Shown here: piece by piece, positions 1 to 13,158 of the stretch
Layout: every line of letters starts with the position of its first letter
Position numbering within the stretch: the first letter of the stretch is position 1
From: Amoebophrya sp. A120
Taxonomy: Eukaryota; Protista; Dinoflagellata
Direction of reading: 5' to 3'
DNA: 64,000 nt
Assembly: GCA_905178155.1 (NCBI GenBank)
Contig: CAJINV010000008.1
Coordinates: forward strand, 620,001-684,000
Notes under the pieces: model-generated
Database searches by the model: none
What the model was told of the DNA's origin: nothing
The model's input: only the letters and a program-made list of their open reading frames with translations
Translations under genes and position numbers: made by a program

Positions 1-3000
1 TCGGGATCTCTTGCATGCGGTCCGCGAGCAATAGACACGTCGCGTCGATGTCCTCTTGCCCGGTCATGAAGATCAGAATGTCGCCGCGGTCCTGCTGCAC
101 GTGGATCTCCAGGGCCTGCTGCACGGCAGCATCCACGTAGTCCTGCGCGGCACCCTTTGCGAACAGCGTGTCCACCGGGAAGGTGCGCCCCGGAATGTGG
201 AACACGGGCACCCCGCCGAAGTACTGCGCGAACCGCGCCGAGTCCATCGTTGCGGAGGTCACGATCAGGCGGAAGTCCCGCCGGCGCGAGGCGGCCTCCT
301 TCAAAATCCCAAACAAAACGTCGGTGTTCAGGGACCGCTCGTGCGCCTCGTCCATAATCACCGCCGCGTACTTTTCCAGGTCGCAGTCGTTCAGCGTCTC
401 GCGCAACAGCACCCCGTCCGTCATGTACTTGATCCGGGTGTCCTCCGAAGTGCAGTCCTCGAACCGAATGCTGTACCCGACCAAACCGCCGAGCTCGACC
501 TCCTTCTCCTCCGACACGCGCTTCGCCACGCTCATCGCGGCCATCCGCCGCGGCTGCGTGCAGCCGATCAGCCCGCCCTCGGAGCAGAAGCCGGCCTCGT
601 ACAGGTACTGCGTGAGCTGCGTCGTCTTGCCGCTCCCGGTCTCCCCCACGGCAATCACGATCTGGTGCTCGCGCAGCAGACTCAGAAACTCGTCCCGCAC
701 GGAGAAGACCGGCAGCGCCTCGCGGACCTCCTGCAGCGTGCGGTTCTTCCCGAACTCGGTTTGCGCTTCCTGCTTGATCGCGTTCATCGCGTCCGCGAAC
801 TGGTTCTCCTTCTTGTAGTCGAGCCGGTCCTCGTCCGCCTCCTCCACCACCGCTTTGTTCTGCTCCTCCTCGTTGGTCTCAATGTTGGCCGTGCCCGCGT
901 GCGTCTCGGCCGTGACCAACGCGCCCATCGCGGTGTTCTTGTTGTTTGCCTCCCAAAACCGGTCCTTCATTTTGTCTTTCCCCTCCTGGTCGCGGAGCAG
1001 CTTCAGGCTCGCGCAGCCGCTCTTGGCGAGCTTCGCCATGTCGGAGGTGGGATCTTTCACCACCGAGACCATCTCCGCCTGCGTGGTGTAACTGATGCGC
1101 CCGTCGAGGAAGGGCGGCACGGTTTCGCGCACCAAAATGTGCTGCCGACTGCCGGCCGCGTAGTTCTCCTCGTGGAACTTGTCTACGTCGATCTCGCGGT
1201 GCTGGCCCTTGACGCCCGCCTGCCGCATCAACGCCTTCTCCCACTCCTCCATCGCGGCGTTGCGCTCCTTCTCCATCAGCGACTGCTTTTTGCTCTGCAT
1301 CTGCTTGAACTCCTCCTTCTTCTGCATTTCCTTCTCGAACAGCTCGTTGGCGCTGAGCTGGGCGCCGTACGTGTTCTGCAAGTTGCCGGACCCGCCGTTG
1401 TCGTCCATGTCGTACCAGTCGCGGTCCAGCGCCTGCTCGTCGTACTCGTCCATCTCGATCTCGTGCATCAGCCGCGACTCGTTGAACTCGTCGCCCGTGT
1501 TCTTCACGATGTCGGCCTGCAGCCGGTAGAAATTCTTCTCGTCGCGCTCCACCCCGGCGTTCCAGTCGTAGTCCAGGTCCCGGTACCGCGGGTCGTTTTT
1601 GAATTTGTCGATGTCGTTGTCGTTGTCCTCGTCGCTGCTGTCGCCGCGCATCAGTACCGGCGCCTCCTTCTTCGCGTCCTGCCCGGTCTGCATGCCGCGG
1701 AAGGCCCGGATGCCGCCGCCCACCCGCTCCCCGCGGCTGTTCTTGTCCTTCTTCGCCTTGTCGAACGAGTCCAGGCGCCCCGAGGCCTGGCCGGGGAACA
1801 GCTCGTCGTCGTCCTGCTCGTTCCCCGCGGTCATCAGGTCCACCCGCGCACTGATGCCCTTCTCGCGCTCCTGCTTGCTCAGAAACCGGTCGATGTCGCG
1901 CCCCGAGGTAGAGGCCGCGCTCCCGCCCGCCTCCTCGTTGAGGTTCTTGTTGTGTGGCGGACCAGCGGTGGAAGTTCCTGTGCTGGTCGCGGACTTCGTC
2001 GAGGACTTGTTCGCGTTGTTGTAGCCCGGGAGCGCCGCCTTTTTTTTCAGTTTTAAATTCGGACCCAGTTCGTCCTCTTCCTCGTCGTCCTTCTATCAAA
2101 TGTAAAAATGTCTGGGTCTGGAAGGGTTGGAACTTGTCATGCTGCATTTGGATTCCAGAAAAATCTGTATTGCATGAGTACCAAAAGGAATGTAATTTTT
2201 GCTACGCGGAGAGGGCATTTGTCACGCGGAATATGCATCAAGAAGCTCCGAAAAAATCTGTGATGCTAGGGCATGCATCACAGACATCAGGGCTCATGCA
2301 AAACGTGCATGACACGTGTCGGAATGTTCCAGACCCAGACATTTTTACAGTTGATACCTTCTCCAGACCGACCACGTTGGCGAACATGTTTTTCACGTCC
2401 TTCGCAGCCACCTCTGCCTCCTATCCTATGTAAAGACGTCCTCACCCCAGACTCAAGATGGGGATTTTGCAACACAAACCTTGAAGTTTTGGGAACCACG
2501 CATGACAAATTGCAGGCTGTAGTGTAGTGCAGTTTAGCAAGGGAAGCCGCATAACAAATCGATCTCCTTATGCTGTTTACAGCATTGCAAGTTCCAAAAC
2601 ACGATCGATAATGCCCCTCATGGGATCGCGCATTACAAACGCTCTTGTGCTTGCAGATCTGCATCACAACTCTGGGGTGGGGACGTTTTTACTCAGAATA
2701 CCTCCCTCTCTCGCTTCTGCCGTGCAAGCTGGTCCAGCCCGAGCGTGGACCCCTTTTGGACGAACACGTGGTCCCGGTTAGGTCCGCCGTCCGCTGCACT
2801 TGATGTGGTGCCATTGGGTCCGGCTCCTGCCGCGGCGGGGGTGTCTTGCTTTAGTTTTCGTTTCTGCAACCCGCCGAACAGCTTCTTGTGTTCGTTGCCT
2901 TCCAGCACGTCGGTGTTGCCTCCGCCGCTCTTTTGGTTTTCTCGCTCGGCGTCAATAGCCTTCACTCGGTTCTCGATCGACGAGAAAAGCGCCAAAGCGG

Positions 3001-3262
3001 AAAAATCGTTGCCCTGGCCGCAGTAGTCTCCGATCTTCCGCTGGAAGTCCTTTACCGTCTTCGATTGGCACCATCGAGATATTATTTTCCGCCCAAGCAC
3101 GCCACCGGAAACCTGGGGCAGATTCTGATACAAGTTCGCCAGCTCGGCGTCCACAAACCGAACGAGATCCTGATTTGCGGTCAGCCGTGTCTCCTTCTGC
3201 AAAGCAGTTTCCGGCTTCTTTGCCGGCGCCGCCGGGGCGGCAGCACCCTCAGCGGCGGTCAT
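1..3262 (-). CDS. PRP16: Pre-mRNA splicing DEAH-box helicase Prp16/DHX38 (3' part runs off the window)
   Basis: Exons 3262-2702, 2420-2358 and ~2092-1 join in frame once two TIR elements are removed. Motifs: LDRDWY, PPFLDGR..KDPTSDMA, GETGSGKTTQLTQYL, CTQPRRMAAMSVAKRV. The long 3' exon frame is absent from the ORF track and was translated by hand. Confidence 0.93.
2094..2356. mobile_element. Intron-forming TIR element, family A (copy A1), 263 bp
   Basis: 30-bp TIR TATCAAATGTAAAAATGTCTGGGTCTGGAA / TTCCAGACCCAGACATTTTTACAGTTGATA; direct repeat CCTTC at 2089-2093 and 2357-2361; interrupts a PRP16 exon. Confidence 0.95.
2422..2700. mobile_element. Intron-forming TIR element, family B (copy B1), 279 bp
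   Basis: TIR TATCCTATGTAAAGACGTCCTCACCCCAGA / TCTGGGGTGGGGACGTTTTTACTCAGAATA; TSD CCTCC at 2417-2421 and 2701-2705; homologous to 34862-35140. Confidence 0.95.
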
Positions 3263-4769
3263 GATAGGATTTGGATTTCTCTTGCTTGAGCAATGAAAAT
3301 TCTCGTAAACTTTCTACTGAAAAAACAAGCTTCGAAAATCTACTTCAAAGAACGATATCATCTTTAGTAGCTGCCGATAAGGATCAAAAAGTGTTTTCGT
3401 CTACGGTGATGGGAACCGTTTGCGCCTTCATGGGAAAATGGAATCAAGTGGTCGTCATCATGCTCTAAAACTTCGGCGGGGGGAGAAAGATGATTCAATT
3501 GTGAAAGGACTGTACGGAAAATGAGAAGTCGCTGGAAAAAGATTTGGAAAACGGACGAAGTTCAGTATTCAAATTTGCGATTCGCACTCAGGTTTCACGC
3601 GGAAAAACTTCGCTTTACGATCGGCAAGATCAGATCTGCATGTTGGCACTTCGGAACTTCCGCTTTGCAAGCACCCATTTGAGATCTGCGCGATTTGCAT
3701 CCATTCAAAGCAAAAAAAGAGACCTCACATATATTCTGGTCGAAATTTGGGATCCACCTTTCCAGAAGAACACTTTGCTGGCCATGAGGAATTCCTTAAT
3801 CCGGTTGCGAGAAAAGCTCTCGCATGCAGAAAAAGGGTCTTTCATCTGATATTAGCAGTGCCACTTCCGGGCGCTTACTACGCCTACAGTCAGACATTAA
3901 GCTATATATTCGATAAATTCTGATCAAGAGATCATCTGCTTCAGTGATTGAAGCTTCAAAATTTCATCTCGCCAAACTGTTACGCGACCGGCGTTTCAGC
4001 TTCAACTTTCGAGGCATGTGTGACTGCAACTCTCCAAAACTCATTAGAGGCGAAGACTCCACCGTACCTGGTTCGCTAAGCATGAATATTAGTCAACCGT
4101 AACGGACACACGATTCGGGCTAATTTCTGATCCTTTCACCTTTGACTCATCTGGGTGGACTTGCATTCGTTGCAAAGCTCCAGCGATGCTGGAGTACTAC
4201 TCCTCAGTCCACCTGAATCCTCTAGGCTATTGCGGATTTTCTTAAAAATTCAGTTCCAAAAGGGCCAAAACTAACACTAAGTCAGAGAGTGTAAATGTAA
4301 CTCAGTGATGTAGTGGGTAACATTTCGAAGAACCAAAGCGCGCAGGAGCTGCTTTGCTTTGGCATGAGAGGGTGATACAATATTCTGATCAAATGTTCTT
4401 CGTTCTTCGACCAATCGCATACTCTTATGTGTCATCTTCTTCGTGTGTGCTTTCCACGACAGCAGTGGTACACGACAGCTCTAGAGTACCACTTCCAGGT
4501 CTGCTTCAAGTAACAGTTTGGTGCAAGGATCGATGCCTTCATGGTTCGAAACTTCGATGCTGTCATCTTTTTCATTTCTGTCGCTGCACAAAGAGCTGTA
4601 GGAAGGTACGCGGTCTCAGCTTGTGACAATTTATTATCGGTTTAGAAAGTCGTTTGCAAAGTTTTCACAACAAAAACATGGTCGAAATACAGAGGCTTGT
4701 TGATGCAATGTAGTGAAAAAACATAAACATAAAGATAAACATGTACTTACTCTTTACATGACAAATTGT

Positions 4770-5421
4770 TTAGATCTTCAGATCCATGTCTTTCATCACG
4801 TTTGTCGCCCAGGTGTCCTCCGCTTTGCGCCGACTCGGAGATTTCGGGACAGTACGACCCAGCGCGGGGAAATCGTTCAGATCGAAATGAAAATCATCCA
4901 TCTCGAACGAACCTGTGCATAGTTTATTGGAACACATTTTTTTTTCCACGGGTATAAAAGCCCTGAAATTCAAATTTCCCATCGTTTTGATATGAAAATA
5001 AACGCACGCAGTGCAGTACCTTTCCGCGAGGATTGCGTGCTGGATGTCCCACTGCTGAGCTCCTTCACGATGCTGCTTTCCAGCTGCTGATCCGCCGCGT
5101 GCGGCAAGAATCCTTCCGGAATAGCATCTTCCTCCGGACCAGACCTGTAGGGAATAAAAGCGCCATTCCTTGCTACCTACTTACAACTACTGCGTGGCTG
5201 CGACAGAGTAACAAGTACAGTGCAAATTCAAATTCTACTTGAAAAACACTGTCTTGAAAACGTATCAGTTCAGAAAAATAGCCGTACCAGGTGTGGCCTC
5301 CGCCGTGCCCATCTTTCTTCGGCGGTGCGCGCCGACTCGATTTGACGTCTTGCGAGTTCCGTTCCTTGCGCTTGAACCAGGGCTTATCCTCGATCCAGTG
5401 CGTCTTGTCGTGCAGCACCAT
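4770..5421 (-). CDS. Small SERBP1/Stm1/HABP4-like RNA/ribosome-binding protein (3 exons)
   Basis: KKDGHGGGHTW resembles the HABP4 K.GGG..NWG motif and DLNDFPALG lies near the C-terminus; GT-AG introns at ~5145-5287 and ~4913-5019 join in frame. Confidence 0.55.
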
Positions 5422-6191
5422 ACTTTCCTGTGCTGTCTTGCTGGAAAGCTGTTTTTTGTTTAGTTACACGGGGCGGAAGTTGCAGTCCTTTTTGTGGTTT
5501 ATTTTTCGAAAGAAATTCTTCAGTGGGGTAGACGATGTGTCTGTTGTATTAACAGATGAGATTTGTTCTGGTAGCTTTTTGGGTTTTCAAACTTCAGTAC
5601 TAGAAAAAAACGTAGTAGATAATTTTGAGAAGATGCTTTCTCCTATCATGCAAGGTAGGAATATCAGTTTCTGTGCTGTAGCAGTGGGTGATCCGAGACA
5701 GATCTTCGGTGTTGTATGTAGTATTTGAAAAGAGATCCTACTCCTAACACGAAATCAGGAAAAAGTATCGTTGGGGATAATCTTCTTTTCCGCCTCTGTT
5801 TTTGTTTTTCATGCGCAGAAAACCAGAGATTGGGCATGTACCATCGCGGTATTGATGACGGACCGATTCCTTGCGACTCAATCAAGAGGAATTCATAATC
5901 TTTACCATCTGATCTTTTCGCACAGGTGCATCTCCGACCGTAGTGAAATGAACCGAATTCATGTTAATCGCTCAACGTGATTGCAAGCCAAAACCGATTC
6001 TGTCACACCTTATGCATCCCCGACGCTGTTTCACTTTTTTCTTTATTTTACAGAAAAGGAACACAAGAACTTGAAGAAAATTCTTTATGCCGCATCGAGG
6101 CAGTTTTGATGCCATAGAAGGCGATGTGAGAAAGAGAGCGAGCCTATTCGTATAGTATGCAGCAGAAAATCTGCTGGAGGTCCGATAAGCG

Positions 6192-7607
6192 CTAAAAGAA
6201 CCCTTCAGCGAGTTCGTTCTCGTCCTCCTCCTCGTCCGGAGGATCGCGGTTACGCGACCGTGACCGCGACCGCGACCGCGAGCGTTGTCGCTTGTCGTTT
6301 TTCTGTTTTTCCCTTTCCTTCTCTTGCTGCTTCTCCTTTTCACGCTCCTTTTCTGCCAGCAAAGCTTCGTTCGCTAGCCTCAACTGCTCGAACCACGGGT
6401 CTTCCACAGGCTTCGTCTCTGGCCCGGCCTTGCTCTTCGCGGCTTCTGCCCCCTTTTTCTCGACGACGTCTTTGTCTTGAGCAGTGGTTTTCGCTGCGGT
6501 AGTACTGCCGGTCGCAGGCTTCTTCTCCTCTGTGGGCTTCTTTGCATGATCCTCGAAGGTGCCCGGCGCCTGAAACTCCATTGTGGGTCCGGTCGACGGC
6601 CCGGCGCCGCCCTTCCCCATCGTAATGGATGTGTTGTACTTGTACAGGTCCTGGTAGACGGCTTCGCCCATCATTTTGCTCTCCCCGCACTGCAGACATC
6701 TTGACAAATTCACTCGGTTAATCAGCTTGCATCCGCCGCACTGCCAGCCCGTGGGCACGCGATTCACCTTGCCCTGCGCGAAGTCGAGGCGGTAGTTACT
6801 GCCGGTCTTCTCCAGTCGATCCTTCAGTTGCAGCTTGGCGTCCACGTGCAGCAGCTCCTGCAACTTGGAATAGCTCGCCCCGCACCGCGTGCAGTGCTTG
6901 CGCAGCCGGCTGTTCAGCGTGCCGCAGCCCGTGCACTGCCAGTCTGCGCGTGTCACGTCATCCCTGATCTCGTTCACCAGCATCGACTTCCCCGTCTCCT
7001 CCTCCACGGTTGTTTTTAACTGCCTTTTCGGAATCCACAGTCCGCGCTCCGTGCGTTGCATCTTCATGTTTACCTCCTTGCGCTGTCGGACACCTGAAAA
7101 GTGGAATTGTGTTGCAGATATCACAGTGATGACGTCAACAAGCACACCGATCCAGAAGATTCAACTTTGTACTACACAACAAGCTGACCATGCTGAAAAA
7201 AAACTCATGGAATCATCTAAATTGCGTTTGATGCTAAATGTCCTGTTAACAAAAAATCAAGCAGTACCTTCCCCGGCGTCCATTTGGTCCAAATCCTTTG
7301 GCTTTTCCATTTCTTCGCGCAAATCTCGCCGTATCTCCGGGTTTATCTGGTGCTGTACCATTTTCTGCTCGCCTGGGATGCGGCTCCCTTTGTCCTCTCC
7401 CTTCCCCTTCTTGCCTTTGCCCTTGCCCTTCCCCTTCTTGCCATCGTCGCCCTTGACTTCGAAGCCCATGGTCTCCAGCACTTTCTTGTCGCGATCCCGG
7501 AGCTTGTTCTGGAGGCCCAGCGCCGCCGTGAAATTTTGCCCATCGCGGTCGTACTCATGCGCCTCTTTGGCGCCCGCAGGCATCAAATACTGGTCTCGCC
7601 CCGACAT
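6192..7607 (-). CDS. RanBP2-type zinc-finger protein with RS-rich C-terminus (2 exons)
   Basis: Two W-x-C-x2-C-x3-N-x6-C-x2-C fingers (DWQCTGCGTLN, GWQCGGCKLIN), RSRSRSRS tail; GT-AG intron ~7095-7268. Confidence 0.8.
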
Positions 7608-8283
7608 AGTGCTAATTTAGTCGCTAAATCTATGGCAATGTCACAGAAACCGAATTTTGATTTTCTTTTTCAGTGAGACGCTTCAAGGAAATAACGGGTA
7701 TGGAAGAGGTTTGTCGGTAAAAAAGCGATTGGTATTGGTCGGGCGGCGTACACATAGAGCGGAAAAAAAGTTTGTTTCTATTCGCTTGAAAGAAAACTTT
7801 GACATACAACGGAAAGAAATCGAAATGACATGGGAAAGTACACACAATGCCCCGGGGCAGGGGGGGACGGGGAACTGCTGCAATCAGAAAATCGAAAAAA
7901 TGAAATTTTACAAAGAGGACCACGTATCTTCTGAAAGATGATCTTAAAACTGATTTTGCTAACGGATCAACACTTGGAGAAAACCCTTTTCTCAGCCATT
8001 TTGCATCCCGACAACAAGATGAACATTGCATCACGATCTGCGGCAGCTATGGCCGCTAGTGAACAATTCCGATCGCACGCTAAAAATTTCGGCTCCTGAG
8101 TCGGATTCATAGGTAAAACATTTTCTGTCTCTGCCTCCGGCTGGTTGCTCCAAGTCCCGTTTTTCATTGACGACGCATTGCGAAGTCAGGAAGGTCGACA
8201 CTGGTTGCTTTCTTACTGCTGGCGTCAGCACGAACATATGTAGGACTATCACTTGTATCGATAAGTGTCCCATCTTTCGCGAT

Positions 8284-9832
8284 TCAACAAAACTCGTCTG
8301 CGGGAACGTTCTCCGTGCCGTTTTGTCGTTGCCGTCCTCCCGTGGCGTCTCCGAGTAAACGTCGAAGCCCTGCCACAACGCCACTGATCCCAACACCAGT
8401 TCGCGCCGATATCGCGAAAATAGGCACTGACGAAACTGATGAGGGTAAAAATTGCTGCCTTGGCCCTGCATGCTCACTTGATGAGGAAGAGAAACTTCTA
8501 CAAGCCTCGTCGTCTATCCCCTCGTCCACCTCCTGCTCGAAATACTTCTGCACCAGCTATCCCACGAAAAAACTGTTTCACTGTGGTGATTTAGCAATAT
8601 CTGCATCACAAGTTTGTTACACATGTGACAGAAAATTTGCCATGCGCGCTTCCCAAGGGAAAACACGCTTGCAAATCCGATGTCTTGCAGGTGTAGCAAG
8701 ACAAACACTTTGGTGTTTCGTTTTCTGCATCACAAGTTCACAGTGAAACAGTTTTTTCTTGCGATACCAGATCTGCGTTCGCCAATGCGGCGGCGCCAAG
8801 ATCGCACTTGTTGCAGAGCACCGCGAACGGCCGCGCAGCCATCTCCCCACTGAAGCGCCCGATTTCCGCGCGCAAGATTTCGATTTGCTTCACAACCGAC
8901 ACGTCCCCCGCCCCGCGACTGCTGCAGTCGAGACAGTAGAGCAACACCTTCGTGCGCTCCAAGTGTCGCAAAAACTCGTGACCCAACCCTCGGTCCAGGT
9001 GCGCGTCTTCCACGAGCCCGGGAACGTCCGCCACCGAGAGCTCAAAGCCGTCCTTGAACTGCACGCTGCCGACGTACGGGGCGATCGTCGTGAAGGGGTA
9101 GGAGGCCACCTTGGGCTGGCTGCGTGACACGCACCGGAGAAAGGAGCTCTTGCCGGCGTTGGGAAACCCGACGAGCCCCACGTCCGCGATGGACTGGAGT
9201 TCTAGGAGGTACTTCCGGTGCTCCCCGGGCTGTCCCTCCCCCGCGGAGTGCGGGTCGTGCATATCATTTCCGCACCCGCCCTCGCCGCCCCGCGCGAGAA
9301 TGCACTGCTCGCCTGTCTGCAGCATGTCGGCACGCTTCACCAATCGCGATTTTGTCGATGCTGCGACGTCGGACGGTCGTAGCGCTCCTGGCGTTCTTGT
9401 CTCCGCGTCCTGGTCCGCGTCGCTCTTCGCCTTGTCCTCGTCCGCGCAAAGGGCTGCGTGTGACGAAGTTTTGTTCGTCTCGCCCACGATTTCTGAAACA
9501 ATCACCCCAGGCGGTACACGCACAATCAATGGCTCGCCATTGGTACCCACGCGGTTACGCTTGCGCCCGTGCCCGCCGTGCTCGGCTGCAAGGGTGGGGC
9601 TGACGAGGTTCCGCAAGGAGACGGTGCCGCTGCACACCTCCAAAACTACGTCGCCGCCTCGGCCGCCCGGACCGCCCCACGGCGTACCTGGCCCGAATAG
9701 CTTGGAGGATGTGTGCTTTCGGTACGACAGCGCCCCTTCCCCTCCGTTTCCACCCTTCGCAAACACGGTGACCGCGTCCACCAAGTTGCGGTCCAAATGT
9801 TTGATCTTTAACCGTGTGGAACGCATGGCCAC
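8284..9832 (-). CDS. Obg/CgtA family GTPase (organellar, MTG2-like); start uncertain
   Basis: Gly-rich Obg fold, ADVGLVGFPNAGKSS, YPFTT, DVPG, NKCD; the G5 motif ISAR lies in the exon after the element at 8558-8766. Confidence 0.9.
8558..8766. mobile_element. Intron-forming TIR element, family C (copy C1), 209 bp
   Basis: TIR TATCCCACGAAAAAACTGTTTCACTGTG / CACAGTGAAACAGTTTTTTCTTGCGATA; flanks CCAGC/CCAGA (4 of 5 match); GCATCACA motifs inside. Confidence 0.9.
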
Positions 9833-10340
9833 TGCATCCCCGGTGGTCCATTTTCAAATTACCAGTGGAAAAACCGAATGAATTACTAAACACAGGTGAG
9901 ATGAACTCGGAAGATCCTGCAGTTGGAACACAACGATGGAGTCCGCAAACATGAACATCATCCTCAGGATCAGGTGGTGATAAACATACTGCAGAAGACA
10001 CACGTAAACGACACCGAAGGCACTTTCGCAAAATTAAAATTTTCGTTTTCGAAGGAAACGCGAACGCGATTGGCTTTCATAAACGTCGCTGAAGAAGACA
10101 CCCGTGTGTCGTTGTACACCAGGGATCAAAAAAATCGCGTGATCTCTATTGATTGACATCGTGGTGACTCATTTATCATTGCAGTAGAGGTTTTGTTCCA
10201 GAAAGAATTCATTCAAACTAGATGCAGGGTAATGGATGCGGGTCTGGGGTGGTATGCTCCATCGTCAAGATGGGGTCGTTGTTATTTCACACTATTACTA
10301 CACTAGTGGGTGCAGAAGACGACCCGCAGGTCTTGCAATT

Positions 10341-12490
10341 TCATGCACCACCTGATGAAGCAGCCGCGGCTGGCAAGAACCGCGTCCGTGACCTTTTTTT
10401 ACAAAGCAACGCCCCCAACAGGCTGTTGTCCACCAGAAAGCGGCGGTAGAAGCCAAGGGTCTCCTGGTAGAACGGCGGGTACCGCTCGGGTGAGTCCATG
10501 AAGAAGGAACGGTTAAGCACCCCCCGACAGTGGGAAAGCTCCTTGAAGCCGTCTTGGCCGTGCAGCTTCCCAAACCCTGAATTTCCCACGCCGCCGAAGG
10601 GCAGCTGTGCGTGTGCAGCTTGGATGATGACGTCGTTGGCCACGAAGCCACCGCTGATCGTGTTTTCCTTGATGAAATTGACGAAGGCTGCGTTTTTATC
10701 CCCGGAAAACGCATACACGGCCAGCGGGTGCGGTCGCGCATTTACGTAGTCCGTCATTTCGACCTCGGTCCCGAAGGTCCGCACCACCAGAATGGGCCCG
10801 AAGATCTCCTCCGTACTTAACCGGCAGTCGTCTTTAGGATTGACGACGATGGTCAAGCCCAGATGCTTTTTGCTTCGGTCAAAGTTTTTTTCCTCCGCTA
10901 TGCCTCCCAAAACGACTTTTCCTCCGTGGTCCTCCTTCAGCATCGAAAACACCCGGTCGAAGTGACGCTCGCTGACGACCGCCGAGCCGTAGTCCGGGCA
11001 GCTTGCGGGCGTCGCGTTGGCGCAAGGAGAGTTGGATTTTGGATCGATGTAAAACTGTCTCCAGATCGCCTTCATCTGCTCTACGGTACTCTGCAAGTCC
11101 TCTTCATGGACAAGTACGTAGTCTGCCGCCACGCAAGTCTGACCCGCGTTCAAATGCTTGGACCACAGGATTCGCTTCAGCGCGATCTGGTTTTCAGTTT
11201 ACGAACAAACTACACGTTGTAATTACAGCTCACGTAGTGCATCATGAACTCCATACAAGGCGTGCCGAGCAAGTACACCTAGAGTAGTTCTTAGAAACAA
11301 TTATACTGTAAAAATCCATGACTTCCTTACCTCAAACTTCTGGTCGGAGCCAAAGTTTTCCTTTTTATCGAGGAAAACGGGGGACTTGCCGCCGAGTTCG
11401 AGCGTGCAGGGGGTCAGGTTCTCCGCAGCCGCACGGTAGACGTGCTTTGCGATTCCGCTTCCGCCAGTGAAAATAATGTGGTCGAACTGCAATTTCAAGA
11501 GCTCCTGCGTTTCGGCGGGGCCCCCTTCCACGATGCCGGCGCCTTCAAAGTCCTTGAATATCTTGTCAACCAGCACACGACAACTATTTTCCGTCACTTC
11601 TGAAGGCTTCAAAAGCGGTACCTGAGTGTTGGTTGAAGATGCACAGCCTGAATACATCATGCAATTACTTGCTTCTTTTCCGGATTCTCTTTCTATTCTC
11701 AAATAGATGCTGCGCAGCCCAAATCGCAACTGCAAACTTGCATGGAACGCGATCAACAGTAAGTCCGAAGTTGTGTCTAGTACGTAACTCGTGGTGAGAA
11801 ATTCTATCGATAGTGATACGTTTCCAGCAGCGATGGCTGCGATAGCTCCGGTGACGCAGGTTGATACTGGATAGCTCTGTCCAGTGCAAAAACTTCTTTC
11901 CCAACCGCTACACTGCTACGATACTTTTCTGAAATGTTGTGAAGCGCACAGCTGCAAGTGCTAACTCTCTCAGGGTAGGAGCCCTACGAAATGTAAGTTT
12001 GCAAGGACCATGACAAACTTTTCTATTCAGATGGCTTCCATAGTCATATCCTTGAGGTAATCCTTTCCAGGCCAAAACTTGTTTTCATACGAATCAAGAA
12101 ATGTGTGCTTGCGGCAGCCGGTGGGGACGTTTACACACAGCATAAGTTCCACGGCGTGATTACCAGGACCACGCCCTTAGGCTGGAACTGTACCTCGCTG
12201 TTTCCGGGCTGCATGATCAGAGGTGTGGCACGAGGTTCTGGCTTCGCCCACTCCGGCAGATTTGCGATGGTTTGGTCAATCTCGCTGACCAGCATCACGA
12301 AGTCGGAGACAAAGCAGTCCTGATAATTCCGCTGCATGTCCGCCTGAACCGCCCTGATGATGTTTTCCTCATTTGCCAACAAGCGCCGCCGCAGCTCCTC
12401 GAGTCGTTCAATCCGGTAAGAGATCGGTTGTGTCTTGCCGCTACGGAAAAACTCCCGCAGGCCGGCGTGTATTTTACCAAACGTGGCCAT
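10341..12490 (-). CDS. Aldehyde dehydrogenase, ALDH3/fatty-aldehyde type (4 exons)
   Basis: PWN|YP, AAGN..LKPSE, FTGG, LELGGKSP, NAGQTC, EEIFGPIL, PFGGVGNSG; exons ~12490-12146, ~11873-11820, ~11622-11331, ~11186-10341. Confidence 0.92.
11878..12144. mobile_element. Degenerate family-B intron-forming element, 267 bp
   Basis: Right end reads TATGCTGTGTGTAAACGTCCCCACC on the minus strand (21/25 to the family-B TIR); left end TGTCCAGTGCAAAAACTT; flanks AGCTC/AGTTC; splits the ALDH PWN|YP motif. Confidence 0.75.
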
Positions 12491-13158
12491 CGATACGATT
12501 ACGAATTGGTAAACAATTCTTTTTGTTCCCGTAGTTTGATGTCGTGCGAATTTTACTTACAGGGGAGCGACAGGAACTTACGTGATGAGAACGGGGTTTC
12601 AGTACAACGAGTGGGAAAAAACGAACTTTTTTTACGATCCGGGCGAGGCACCACCGCGAGAACTGGCGTCAATCAAACACGACCGAGCAGAGAGATTGAT
12701 CGACATAAACGGGAATGGATCTAAAACTTTGCTAAGAGTGAAAACGCTCTTGTTTGCATTTGATCGCAGAGTAGACCGAGTCAACCTGAATTCCATATGA
12801 TAATCGCGTACGGACAGCGACAGGGAAAGGCTCTTTTTGCTCTTCAACAAAAAACTGTTCCCAGAACACAGAGCAGAACTACAGGGCAATACTTCCGTCG
12901 AGAATCAAGCATCTTTATTCTTCATTTCATTCGTTCGCTCAAGCATCACCTTTGGTGAAGGTCTTGACTATGGGGCTTAGTCCTTTTTGCTTTTATTTCT
13001 GTTTCCGATGCTAGGATCGTGACGTTACGACCAAATTATACATTAGACGAAAGCGAAACGTATTCCAGATACTTATATGCATTTGCGTTGTTGTGATTCT
13101 TGAATCACTCAATTTTCAAAAACTAAGTGAATGTCAATGAGGCTGAGTCTTGACGCGT

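Noticed and set aside
56-2056. 666-aa plus-strand ORF and other long plus-strand ORFs (e.g. 52428-53468, 23305-24210)
   Set aside because: Antisense shadows of GC3-rich minus-strand genes or of the hexamer repeat; no protein motifs.
2094-2356. Tc1/mariner-type TA target duplication
   Set aside because: The TA is part of the TIR. A separate 5-bp direct repeat lies outside it, and the empty site at 36129-36133 contains no TA.
2273-2781. Short ORFs recurring in the elements (e.g. [21 protein letters not shown]) as a transposase or peptide family
   Set aside because: They are translations of TIR and internal repeats; too short, frames not conserved, no DDE motif. No autonomous element is present in the window.
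3285-3296. GCTCAAG upstream of the PRP16 ATG as a dinoflagellate spliced-leader relic
   Set aside because: Only 7 nt match CCATTTTGGCTCAAG; compatible with chance.
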